Shown here: positions 37,315 through 47,500 of the stretch, one piece after another
How the letters are laid out: every line of letters begins with the position of its first letter
How positions within the stretch are numbered: position 1 is the stretch's first letter
Virus record (IMG/VR): IMGVR_UViG_3300010396_000009
Coordinates: 11,232-75,231 of that record
Strand: one strand, 5' to 3'
Length of the DNA: 64,000 nucleotides
Origin: a virus
Translations under genes and position numbers: made by a program
Notes under the pieces: model-generated
What the model saw: the letters and a program-made list of their open reading frames with translations, nothing else
What the model was told of the DNA's origin: nothing
Databases searched by the model: none

Positions 37315-38097
37315 TCAGGCAGCTCTAACGGCCTGCAGATCGGCATTAAGAGCTGTCATATCGATGGCGTTCGGTGCAGTGTTGTTCGTGAACCAACTTG
37401 GGGCGATAATCCCATAGGCCTCGTCGATATAGGCCTCCGCCGCTGCCGGAGTCATGTCAATCAGTGCGCCCCATGTCACGACCTTGAACTTGAGGGCTCC
37501 GCCCTGATCTATGTAACCCACGACGATGACAGCGTGACCACCCCATGAGCCCGGTTGATTCTGATGATTGGACAGCGGGCCATAGACGTCCCACACATTC
37601 TTGCCCTGCCATGCAGTCGGAAGCTGAATTCCGATGTAGGAGAACGCAAAGCAATAAATAGTCTGCTGAAACGTCGGCAAATCCAATTGACTGTTGCCGG
37701 CCTCGATAGAAGCGTAGGCTCCGATCTTATAGCCAGACAATCCAATTTTGGCCATGTAATTCATGACGTCAAGCTCATTACAGCCGTTGTCATTGCGACC
37801 AGTGCGCGGATCATAGCCGCTGATCGCCGAATACATGCCAATCACGTCAGCGTCAGACGGTGTAACGATCGCGCCGTTATTGCCCGTCCAGACCTGAATA
37901 CCGTGACCGAACCCAGCACATGTGCAGTCGCCAATACTATCATTGGCCATCGCTCCCCAGCTGATTCCCGGAGGCGTCCAGTCGACGATCGACGGCGCTG
38001 GCGGCAACCCTGGTGTCAAGTACCTTGCGAGCTTAAGCGTTCGCTCATCGATGCGCGGTGCGTGTTTCCCGAGCTTAACTTTTGTGTGATCAATCAC
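37315..38097 (-). CDS. Papain-like (C1-type) cysteine peptidase
   Basis: [10 protein letters not shown] (Cys), [11 protein letters not shown] (His), VVTWG. Confidence 0.8.
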   Translation of the reverse strand: MIDHTKVKLGKHAPRIDERTLKLARYLTPGLPPAPSIVDWTPPGISWGAMANDSIGDCTCAGFGHGIQVWTGNNGAIVTPSDADVIGMYSAISGYDPRTGRNDNGCNELDVMNYMAKIGLSGYKIGAYASIEAGNSQLDLPTFQQTIYCFAFSYIGIQLPTAWQGKNVWDVYGPLSNHQNQPGSWGGHAVIVVGYIDQGGALKFKVVTWGALIDMTPAAAEAYIDEAYGIIAPSWFTNNTAPNAIDMTALNADLQAVRAA

Positions 38098-38978
38098 GGC
38101 GAGTACTTTCCAATGAGGGCGCGCATCTTATCGACTGTCTTTGGCATCTGCATATCGGCCGGCGTGATGTTTAGCCAATCTCCGGTCTGCAAGTTCTTTA
38201 CGACCACAGTGGGGTATCCGCCGTTCGCGGCGATCTGCTTTGCGTAGAGCGTCTTAATCTGTCCGCCGTCTGATATGCTCTCAGAGTTGTACCACACCCA
38301 CTTATGACCCTTGCCAAAGATCGAGTCCTTGGGAACCAGCGGACCTGAGCCAACAGCGAAGAATGGATCACGGAGAATAGCACCAACAGCCTGCTGCTGG
38401 GGCAAATTATTGGTATCAGTGATAATGACAATGAGAAGCTTAGCAGCCGTGACCGGCGGATTAGGTCCTGGCCCTGGTCCTGGCCCTGGTCCTGGTCCTG
38501 GTTCATCACCAGGTGGCCCCTGCGGACCAGGGTCACCCTTAGGCCCCTGCGGTCCAGGTGGACCCTGCGGTCCAGGTGGACCTTGCGGTCCTGGTTTTCG
38601 CGCTGAGTCACTCTCTGTGACGGTAACAGTGCACTCGTTAGAGATTACGTCGCCGCCGTACGCCCTGACGATGTACTCTCCCGGCACCATCGACCAGGCT
38701 AAGGTCTTAAGCGGCGCAGGGTTAAACTCCTCATCAAGGAGATTCAGATCATCAGAGTCATCTGACTTGACCCAGTGAACCTTTGATAGGTTCGTAGTCG
38801 CCTCTAACTTGAGAATTTTCCCGGCAGCAATAGTGAGAGTCGATGGCACTACTATCGCAGGTCCGCCATTGACGGGTTCGCCTCTGAGGCGACCCTTCGC
38901 CTTGATAGAAACCGGAGAATAAGCTCCGGCACAGCCGGTAATTACGAATAGCAGAAGTAGAGAAAGGACGCGACTCAT
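38094..38978 (-). CDS. Lipoprotein with collagen-like/Pro-Gly linker and thioredoxin-like C-terminal domain
   Basis: Lipobox LFVITG|C; (GPQGPP)n then (GP)n; YPTVVV. Confidence 0.65.
   Translation of the reverse strand: MSRVLSLLLLFVITGCAGAYSPVSIKAKGRLRGEPVNGGPAIVVPSTLTIAAGKILKLEATTNLSKVHWVKSDDSDDLNLLDEEFNPAPLKTLAWSMVPGEYIVRAYGGDVISNECTVTVTESDSARKPGPQGPPGPQGPPGPQGPKGDPGPQGPPGDEPGPGPGPGPGPGPNPPVTAAKLLIVIITDTNNLPQQQAVGAILRDPFFAVGSGPLVPKDSIFGKGHKWVWYNSESISDGGQIKTLYAKQIAANGGYPTVVVKNLQTGDWLNITPADMQMPKTVDKMRALIGKYSP
38464..38595. repeat. Tandem repeats encoding Gly-Pro-X collagen and (GP)n
   Basis: ggtcctggccct and ccctgcggtccaggtgga repeats. Confidence 0.85.
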
Positions 38979-39343
38979 TACTGCCCTCCCTCTTGCTGCT
39001 TCGCAAATGGAGTCTCGTTCAAGTGAGTCACCAGAGCCGTATTGCCCTGCGAGTACGCCTCAGACACAGCCAGCGTAAGCAACTGCCGCAACCTAGGCAC
39101 AGGCTGTCCGCTCGCTGACTTGGGCGGCTCGGGAAGCGCCTCGGCTGCCTGCTTGACGTTCTGCTTTCCGATGCGCTCACCGATGGTCTGCAGGATCAGC
39201 CCAACGAGCGCTGGGGATAAACCAAGGGCTGTCGTCAGATCAGTATTCTGAGACAACCCAAATGCGACGGCGTACAGCAAAATGCCCGAGTAGTGCAACA
39301 CGGTCTGCATGTTCACCATGACCTTCGAGGGAAGCTGGCTCAA
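38978..39343 (-). CDS. Two-TM membrane protein, holin candidate
   Basis: Two hydrophobic helices followed by a polar tail. Confidence 0.45.
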   Translation of the reverse strand: MSQLPSKVMVNMQTVLHYSGILLYAVAFGLSQNTDLTTALGLSPALVGLILQTIGERIGKQNVKQAAEALPEPPKSASGQPVPRLRQLLTLAVSEAYSQGNTALVTHLNETPFAKQQEGGQ

Positions 39344-39597
39344 GATGATGCTCCCAGTACTGTCTCCAGCTGAGTCAGGAACGCCAGCGTCTTGTCGAAG
39401 TTCGCGAGAAACGAGGCGTTTGATTGCGATAAAAAATCGACGACCGCGTTCGCCTTCGCTAGGTCCGCGCCAATCTTCGGAAACTCTTCCGCGATTGCTG
39501 GGCCAAACGAGGTCAGTGCCGTTTTGGCATCGGACAGGACAATCGGCTCGACTGACTCGAATTTTTTCGCGAGCGCGACAGCATCAGAGAGCTTCAT
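39340..39597 (-). CDS. Hypothetical helical protein
   Basis: AAAGG RBS before MKLSDAV. Confidence 0.55.
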   Translation of the reverse strand: MKLSDAVALAKKFESVEPIVLSDAKTALTSFGPAIAEEFPKIGADLAKANAVVDFLSQSNASFLANFDKTLAFLTQLETVLGASS

Positions 39598-39637
39598 AAT
39601 AGGACCTTTCATAAACAGGGACACGAGTAATATACCG

Positions 39638-40021
39638 TCAGCTCTGCTCACCTTCAGTAGCAGTCATCCTATTGCTTAGGTTATGCTGCTTCTCCCTGAG
39701 GTTCTTGATCTCGGCGTCGTTGCTGTTGATCCTGGTCTCATGAACAGCCAAGTGCTCAGCGTGCTCATTGACCCGGTCGTTCAGGGTGCTCACGGTATTG
39801 GCCAAGGTAGCCACACTGCTCATCGCAGTCACCAGCTCAGCTGGCTTGGTGGTCTCAAGTCTCCTGATCCTCCATGAGAGACTCTTGAGTCGTATGTGCG
39901 TGATCTTTGTGCTGCTCCACATCTTGGCCATCCAGATGGCGAGCGGTATAGCAAAGGCGGAGCCTATTGTCACCATTAATCCCGCGAGCGTTAGCCACTC
40001 CGTTAGCCCTATCGCGCCCAT
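39638..40021 (-). CDS. N-terminal TM plus coiled-coil protein (lysis-module type)
   Basis: One TM helix then heptad repeats. Confidence 0.55.
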   Translation of the reverse strand: MGAIGLTEWLTLAGLMVTIGSAFAIPLAIWMAKMWSSTKITHIRLKSLSWRIRRLETTKPAELVTAMSSVATLANTVSTLNDRVNEHAEHLAVHETRINSNDAEIKNLREKQHNLSNRMTATEGEQS

Positions 40022-40035
40022 CTATGATGCTCCTA

Positions 40036-41433
40036 TTATATCGAGTTAATACTAGCATGCCCGTTTCTCTCAGCTCCGTTTCTCTTGGCCATGAGATATC
40101 GTTGCTTGCGACTGAGGCTAGCTCGCATGACGGCCTGACCAGGCTGTTTCTGGATGCCCTTCACCTCAGGCGCGCCGAGCTGCTCTCGAATAGCAGCCCA
40201 GTCTAGGTGAGCCTGCTCTTGAGCCTGCCCAGCCTCTGTTCCCCAGTGCTTCTCATAGAGTCCCTTGATGAACGCTCGCTTCTCATCGACGAGCGGCGAA
40301 GCCGTGACCTTGACCTTGTCCACGTATCGAGGACCGTAATTCAGCTCAAGAAGAACATTGACCACCTGGCTATTCAGCAGGGCCATGATCTCCCTGTGAG
40401 TCATCTCCAGGTTATCGACCACGAAGTCAGCGTGTGCTTCGGCCTCTGCCTTGGTGCCGAATTGACCCTCCTGAATAGCTCGCTCAGGAAAGCCAAAGCC
40501 GCGGGCCTTTAGCACATCATGATACTTAAGGCGCTCGACGAAAGCGCCCTGCTGAGTCTGCGGTGATTGGAGCTCAACTCGCCATGCCGCGTTAGCTGGG
40601 TTGAAGTTATTCATATCATCCACCTGACCAAGGATAGAGCTCGGCACGGCGACCATGCCAGATGACTGCAGCGACTTGAGAATATTCGCCGCGATCACAG
40701 CATTATCTGTCTCACCAGTGACCGCTCCGGTGACGGGATCTTTCTGTATAGAGGTCCCCATTGGGTAATAGACGATCCAGTGTGACCCTGCGATCTTGAC
40801 GTCAAATCTCCTGGCCCCGTCATCGCACTCGAGCCAAGAGTCATAGGGTCTCTCGCACCTGCGCAAGAGCGGCTCGCTGTACCAGTTCGTGCCCTCAGCA
40901 TCACGGTATAAGCAGGCGAAGTCGCCCCTGTACAGATAGACCGGGTTTGGGTTCAACACATTGTGAATTGCGCTGTTTCGCACGCCGACCATATTGCCAT
41001 GATAGTCGACGAGAATAGTCGTAAGATCCTGAAGCAGTCCCTTAAATTTCTTCACGTAGAACATACCAGTGTCTTCGTGCTGCTCCTTCACTACTTCATA
41101 CGGCTGCCAGCCGAAGTCCAGAAATCCTCGCAGAGCGTCGCGCAGAAACTGAATTCGAAAAGGGACAGTCGATTGCTTGATGCAGAGCTCGGCATCCTTG
41201 AACTCCTCATGCTCGCACTCGACTGTCCACTCGGAGCCAAGCAAGGCAGCCTGATATATGTCGCGAAGCAGTCCCAGCGTTGGATCGCGGCGCATGAGAC
41301 GCACTTTGCGAAACCACTGAGAGGTGACTACCGGGTTGAGGGCCAGCACACCAGGTGGGACAAACCCATCGGGACCAGCGCCGACGAGAATCTGGGCTAC
41401 GGTCCTGGCTTGCTTTGGTTCTTTGTCAGCCAC
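40036..41433 (-). CDS. Portal protein (Mu gp29/DUF935-like)
   Basis: GWQPYEVV, GQFGTKAEAEAH, LNSQVVNVLLELNYG. Confidence 0.85.
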   Translation of the reverse strand: MADKEPKQARTVAQILVGAGPDGFVPPGVLALNPVVTSQWFRKVRLMRRDPTLGLLRDIYQAALLGSEWTVECEHEEFKDAELCIKQSTVPFRIQFLRDALRGFLDFGWQPYEVVKEQHEDTGMFYVKKFKGLLQDLTTILVDYHGNMVGVRNSAIHNVLNPNPVYLYRGDFACLYRDAEGTNWYSEPLLRRCERPYDSWLECDDGARRFDVKIAGSHWIVYYPMGTSIQKDPVTGAVTGETDNAVIAANILKSLQSSGMVAVPSSILGQVDDMNNFNPANAAWRVELQSPQTQQGAFVERLKYHDVLKARGFGFPERAIQEGQFGTKAEAEAHADFVVDNLEMTHREIMALLNSQVVNVLLELNYGPRYVDKVKVTASPLVDEKRAFIKGLYEKHWGTEAGQAQEQAHLDWAAIREQLGAPEVKGIQKQPGQAVMRASLSRKQRYLMAKRNGAERNGHASINSI

Positions 41434-42803
41434 TAGTCACCCTTGATCTCATGACCCTGGTTAAACGTCGCCGTTCCCACCTCGTGGGCGCCCCACTCCT
41501 GAGCTGCCCAGTGCTTGATCAGCTGCATCGTGTGCTCATCGCTGCACCGCACCGCTATGACGACCTTCGGCACGTCGAGGATCTTTCGAACGGCGACCTG
41601 AAGATCAACTCCGCCACGAGCAAATCTCTTCACGTCGCGAGAGAATTTCATACCGCGCTTCTCTGGGAGCGTGAACACGGCATTAAGGCCCATCGCCTCT
41701 CTTTGATGAGGTTTCACACGAGCGGTAGGCTCTAAAGGAGACATGTCACCTCTTGAGTTGAGCGCCCTGGCCTTGCTGCGCTTGGCGACGCCGTCGATAG
41801 AGTGCAGAACGGAGACATTATCGGTCTCGACGTTCACGAGCACCCACTGTCGCCTATCCTCTGGGTCTGGATTTGGATAGCGCTGAAGCTGCACCACCAG
41901 TTTGATGTCAGGGAAACCGTACTTCAGGTCCATTATCGAGTCGCGCATCTCGGCCGCATTGCCGGCGGGGACCACGTAGTGGGCCCTCGGAAGAACCTGG
42001 CGCTGGTGCTTGGCTGCACGAGCCTTGGCGAACCTATCCTTGGGCTCACCAGCTAGTGCTACTGAGCCCGGCAAGCTTTTTTTTCGCGCTGCTTTTGAGT
42101 CTTGAGAACCAAGAACGACGTTATCAACTAGGCTCAGCGAGAAGCTCGCGAATCGCCCTTGAGCGTCCCTCTCGTACTGCCGCTGGGAGACGTGGGTCTT
42201 CCCTTGGCGGTCGAGCGCCTCGTATCTCGTGCGAACCCCTGCATGATGATGCCAAAGCCTCTTGTGCTTTGCCGCGATTGCCTTGGTCCCCGGAAAAGTG
42301 CTCTTCTTGAACTTCTCGTAGCCAGAGCGGTGAACGTCCTCGTGCGTCTTGTGATGCTTAATGATATCCTTCACCGAGATCATGTTGTTCTCGGAGATCG
42401 GTGGAAGGTCGTTGTCTCGCCGCACCTGATTGCCGTATCCTCTGCTAAGATCGCTCTTTGTCCTCTTGAAGAGCCTGCCGCTCACCAGGTCCTTGGTGTA
42501 CTGGATAGGGTGCATGACGGCCTGCTTCGTGTTCTTGATCGTCGCGGATACGAGCGGAGACACATCGCACGCTACACCCTCCATGGAGAGCGCGTAGAGC
42601 TGCTTCCTGGTCAGTGGGCGACCCTGCTCAGCGAGCGAAAGGTAATACGAGGCGGCTCGGCTGATCGGCTTTCGTCGGCGACCTTTTCGCTTTACCTTGT
42701 AGGGCAATTTTTTCCCCTTCGGAGTCTTTTTCTCGAACTCGTGGGCGATCTCGGGATGATGAATGTGCATGTAGGCTCGCTGCGCCTGAGATACAAAAGG
42801 CAT
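41433..42803 (-). CDS. Basic mosaic protein between terminase and portal (probable capsid-internal protein)
   Basis: MPFVSQAQRAYMH...KTPKGKKLP N-terminal module, ERDAQGRF motif, two C-terminal alpha/beta repeat modules. Confidence 0.65.
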   Translation of the reverse strand: MPFVSQAQRAYMHIHHPEIAHEFEKKTPKGKKLPYKVKRKGRRRKPISRAASYYLSLAEQGRPLTRKQLYALSMEGVACDVSPLVSATIKNTKQAVMHPIQYTKDLVSGRLFKRTKSDLSRGYGNQVRRDNDLPPISENNMISVKDIIKHHKTHEDVHRSGYEKFKKSTFPGTKAIAAKHKRLWHHHAGVRTRYEALDRQGKTHVSQRQYERDAQGRFASFSLSLVDNVVLGSQDSKAARKKSLPGSVALAGEPKDRFAKARAAKHQRQVLPRAHYVVPAGNAAEMRDSIMDLKYGFPDIKLVVQLQRYPNPDPEDRRQWVLVNVETDNVSVLHSIDGVAKRSKARALNSRGDMSPLEPTARVKPHQREAMGLNAVFTLPEKRGMKFSRDVKRFARGGVDLQVAVRKILDVPKVVIAVRCSDEHTMQLIKHWAAQEWGAHEVGTATFNQGHEIKGD

Positions 42804-44113
42804 TATGCCGCTCCCACCAAAACACTCGGAACCACGTCGCTCGTAGGAACAACTGGCCACACTCGATGAATAATATACCCAAGGGCGTCAGTGATGTGAC
42901 CAATGTCATCATGATCATCGACGTCGCGACTGCCGGGCTCATATGCCCTGGTCACCAGATCATGAAGCAGCCATTTGCACCGGGGATCAACGAAGACTCG
43001 TCGCTCTCCCAGGGCGTTGCAGAAGGACGCATTGCATGCCGAGAACCGCTCATGAATCGCGGGGTTCTTCGCAGGATAGAAGATCTTCTTTCTAAGGAAA
43101 CGCTGATCATTCTGGATATGTGCATAGTCGCTCTGAACAGCGCTAGTCTTCCTGGCCTTGGATGACGCATCGCCGAAGAAGATCCAGCCTGATTGGTGCA
43201 CACTTGGCCTATTATAGCGCTTATCTAATTCATTTAACGCAGCCGGCGTGTTAGTGTTGCGAATCCAGATCTCGTCGATGACATTGAGCTTCGGCCTAGA
43301 CGTCGTGTGCTGCTGGCAGATGACCCACGCCATAGGGTCTACGTTGAAGTCAGATCCGATGATCAGTGGCTTACTTGGGTCATACTTTGCTGATTCTATG
43401 TTAAGCTTCTCATCGAACGCGTAGAACACCAGCCCAGATGTTCCCTGCCAGATGGCCCCGAACTGCTCGTCAAAATCCTTCTGATCAAGACTTCTGGCGG
43501 CGTCAGCTATTTCCTCCTCGCTCAGGATGTCAGCGCTTGGCCAGGTATAGCTCTCGTATCTCGGGCCAAGCTTTCCAGAACCGTAGTCCTCCCAGCACTT
43601 CTTGAACTCGGAGGCACCTGGTCCAAACCGCTTGGGAACACCGATACGCCAACACCAGCCAGTTTTATGAGATAACGTCGGGCGAACCGAGCGATCGAAC
43701 GAGCCGGGCCATTGATCGCACGATTCATCGATGACCCCGCCGTCCCACTGAACGCCCTCGATTCTAGCCGGCTCATTCATGCCGACGAGGAAGAGCTTAG
43801 ATCCGAAGCGAGTCTTGATCGTCAGATCACTCTCGCGTATGTCATCAGGCGAGGCTATCCACTCCTTTGGAATCAGGGCCTTGATCTTCTCCCAGGCGAC
43901 TAATTTAGCCTGCGCCCTAGTGGGATACGCCAGGAAATAGATCGGATCAGGCCAGGGCTTCTTAACCGGGAGAAACCTTACCAGTCGTCGCCTAGATAGC
44001 TCCGTCTTGCCAGAGCCTCGGCCGCAAGCCAGCGCGACGAAGCGCGCCTTGGTGCGCCACACCCTAGTCTGAGCCGGGTGATAGCGAAGCGGAAACCAAG
44101 CCGGGGTGAGCAT
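42803..44113 (-). CDS. terL: Terminase large subunit
   Basis: Walker A CGRGSGKT, Walker B GVIDE, nuclease GSDFNVDP and HITDALGY. Confidence 0.95.
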   Translation of the reverse strand: MLTPAWFPLRYHPAQTRVWRTKARFVALACGRGSGKTELSRRRLVRFLPVKKPWPDPIYFLAYPTRAQAKLVAWEKIKALIPKEWIASPDDIRESDLTIKTRFGSKLFLVGMNEPARIEGVQWDGGVIDESCDQWPGSFDRSVRPTLSHKTGWCWRIGVPKRFGPGASEFKKCWEDYGSGKLGPRYESYTWPSADILSEEEIADAARSLDQKDFDEQFGAIWQGTSGLVFYAFDEKLNIESAKYDPSKPLIIGSDFNVDPMAWVICQQHTTSRPKLNVIDEIWIRNTNTPAALNELDKRYNRPSVHQSGWIFFGDASSKARKTSAVQSDYAHIQNDQRFLRKKIFYPAKNPAIHERFSACNASFCNALGERRVFVDPRCKWLLHDLVTRAYEPGSRDVDDHDDIGHITDALGYIIHRVWPVVPTSDVVPSVLVGAA

Positions 44114-44574
44114 TACTTCGCCTTAAGTTGCTCTCTTAAGGCTTTGTACCGCTTCATCCGTTCAGGTCGCACAGGGTGCAGTGACTGCAGATCCTGGATC
44201 GCCAAGGCGACCTCGCGACCAACGCCTCGCCCGGGATCAAGCATCAGGTCATGGCTCATCTTGATGAGGTCCTTGACCACGTGAACTCCCTCGGTCGGAG
44301 CGAACATCTCACCGAAGAAAGAGTCAAAGATGAGCTGCTGAAACTGCAGGACCTTTTCCCTGCGCCCGGTCACGGCGATCTTGCAGTCGGCGTAAAGCTT
44401 CGCATCCAGGCCGTGCTCCTTGGCTAGTTTGAGCGCCGGCTCGATGTTGTCCCGCTGATTCACGGAGATGATCTTCGTGAACTGATCATCGGCGCTGTCC
44501 ATGGCCAGGGAGAAGTCCCGGCGCACCTGACCACGGCGAAGCATTCGATTAGCTGCTTTGAGCATGGGATTCAT
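44113..44574 (-). CDS. Hypothetical protein containing one alpha/beta repeat module
   Basis: Overlaps the giant gene; basic leader ending DFSLAM. Confidence 0.65.
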   Translation of the reverse strand: MNPMLKAANRMLRRGQVRRDFSLAMDSADDQFTKIISVNQRDNIEPALKLAKEHGLDAKLYADCKIAVTGRREKVLQFQQLIFDSFFGEMFAPTEGVHVVKDLIKMSHDLMLDPGRGVGREVALAIQDLQSLHPVRPERMKRYKALREQLKAK

Positions 44575-47500
44575 TCTGAAGCACCTTTACGTTAATGGCG
44601 TTATTCTGCTCAGCGATTTTCTTTACCAATTCGGGATCGCTGGTAAGCACCAGGACCCGGTCGTTGTCCTTCTTCTGACCCTTGATTCCGTTCTCCCTGA
44701 GCTCCGTCAAGAATTTACCCAGAAGGTATGCGTTGGCCGCGAACGCTACGACCATGTAGGTCAGATGGGCGGCTCCCTTGACTGCTGCAGGGAAAGCTAG
44801 CTCATGCGAAGCAGCTGCCTCCTTGACCAATTTTTTAACTCTCGCGGTCCTGGCTCGTCGCTTGGCGATCTTCTCAATTTTCTCTGGTGAGCCCTGCGCC
44901 ACGACCTCGCCGTTAGGCTTTACTTTTGCCAAGATTCCGCTGGAGATCAGGTCAGCCGCGACCGTAGTCGCCACGTACGGCCCCACATCCTTGATAAGCC
45001 ACCAGCCGACACCCTTCAGGAACGGCAGGGCTGCGATGGCGGGGAAGGCCATTTCTTTGCCCTTCTTTTTCTTCATCTCCTTGATTTTGCCATGGAGCGG
45101 CTTCTCGAGGTTAGTCACCGGGGGTTTCTTCTTGGGTTTCTGGACAGGGACTCCGCCGTTTGACACCACAGCTGCTCGCTGCTGAGCCTTCGGCATTACC
45201 TTTGAGGCGGGCTTAGGCGCAGGTTTAGGCGCAGCGATAGGGGCCGGCGCAGCTCGCCTCACAGGCCGCTTCTTTGTAACTCCGCTCTTAAGAATCTTGC
45301 CTCGAAAAGCCGCGACGACGGCGTCTAATAAGCGCATCAGGGCGGCTCTCACCACCACGTGCACCCTGCCGTAGCCATCGGCGAACGAGTCAAAGATCCC
45401 GGCCTTGGCGAGCCATCGCATGGCCGCGGTCGCCCCGACGATACCGCCAAAGTCAATGATCAGCTCATGAAACACGTCGCCAATCGGTTTCTCGTGGAAG
45501 TTAGGATCAGTGCGCCGCGGGATCGGACCGGTTTCTTCATGTGGCGTGAACGCGCTGGGTTGCACCCCTGGACCAGCGCCGGGCGCCTGGTGCTTAGATC
45601 CAAATGTTCCAGTGGCCGTCGGATGCCTGGTGATAATTCCGCCGGCGGCAAATTCATTGACGGCAGGCTCGATGTCAGAGCCCTTGACACCCAGCACGAC
45701 GATCTTCTTACCCTTCATGTACAGGTTCTGGAGCGGCTTGAAGTGATACTTGTTCACCAGCTGCTGGTACGCCGCCTTGGCCGAGGCGACGCTCTTGCAG
45801 TCAAACTCCCAATTCATCGGGGACTCTTCGGCCATGAATGAGGCGGCCTTGACCTGGCCGCTGTGCTCGTCAATGATCTCCTTGACCTGATTCTCCTTGC
45901 TCGGGTCAGTGGTCTGGGCGAAGATCTTGTTGCCGATCACCTTCGCCTGGACACCCAGCTTCTTGATCAGCTGATACGCCCCGACTGCCAGAGCCCCGGT
46001 GGCGAACGTGGCGGTGATCGCCAAGAGCGCCTCACCCTTGGTCCTGGGGATGAAGCCCTTCACACCCTGCCGGGATGCCTCCTTGACAGCGCCCGGCAGG
46101 GCGCGGGCTATTCTCCCGACCTTGCCGGGCATAGAGCCTACTGTTTCTTTTGCATGCTTGGCTCCCTTGCCAAGCTTTTGCAGCTTGACCCTGGTCTCGT
46201 GCGGCAGCATGTCATGCACCATACTAGAGGGCAGGAACTCGGTGCCCGGAAGCACCATTCGCACCCCGGCCTCGAATTTTCTGTCCATCTCCTTAAAGAT
46301 TCGCCCCATGATCGCGTCCGTTTTCTCTGTGGCCTTGCACAGGATGCTCTTTTCGCCGTTGCGACGAGCGGCGAGTCCCTTCGATCTGAGATAGGCGAGG
46401 CCAGCGGCGACCGCGAGCGAATTGGCGAAGACAAACTCGACCACTTCTGCCGGACCAAGACCCATCGCATATGACATCGCCACGTCCACCCTGGCCCCGC
46501 ATCGCTGAGCGTAGCGACGCACAGCCTCCTGTCCTCGGTCGCCGTAGGCCCGAATCTTGATCTTTCGCTTCTGCATGCCGCGACCGAGCGAGGAGAGGAT
46601 CTCGCAGCCGAAGCCGCGCAATTTTTGAGCGAGCCACCCAACGTACTTCGGACTCACGGACGAGAGCACGAATTCGTAAGCCCGACCCATGTCCATCTGG
46701 AACGACGCCGCGACCTGAGATGAATTAGTCGGCTCCATCTTGCCGCCATACTTTTTGGTGATCTCCTTCACCTCGGTCTTCTTGTCGCCGCGAAGCTTCT
46801 TCACCAAGACATAGGCGCCGTACGCGGCAGCCGAGATACCAGCGGCTGTCAGGGCAACAAGGGCTGCAGACGCCGCAGCATTGGCACCGAACTTTAGAAG
46901 CATGGAGCCGATCGCCATATCAGCGGCGTCTTGGCCGGACTTAAATGCCTTTGCTCTTGTGTTCTCGTGAGCGAACTTCATCACACCGACCTGGCCGAAG
47001 TCGGGCGGGATCGGCGAGCCCTTGAACTCCTGCACGCACTTGTTGATAACTCGGCGCTCTCCAGTAGCGGTGAGCTTATGTGAGTGAGGAAACGGTCGCT
47101 TCACCTTGACACCGTTCTTGCGGAGCCACAGAGACGCCTCGTCTGCCAGGTCCTCGCCCTCAAAGTAGAGCTGCATTGCCTCTACGCCGCTGTTCCGATC
47201 CTTGGCGCCGGGCTCTGTGGGTTCACTTGAGTTTGGCCTGTACGCACTCTGCTGCTGGGCTGGCATCTGCATAGGAGGAATCACCACTCCGTTTCCGTTC
47301 ACCCCTGAGGGATAATTGCGTCGCATCATCTGCTTCTCATCATAAAGCGCCATCATTGCGTCAACCATGCTCATCCCCCTCATCCCGCCGTAGTTAAATG
47401 GTCGGCCGACATCGCGCATCTCATGGATCTTCTTGCTCGGCCGAAAATGCACATAGAAAGTCTCGGGCTTGAAGACGTCGTCCTTGGTCCTGGGATTCTT

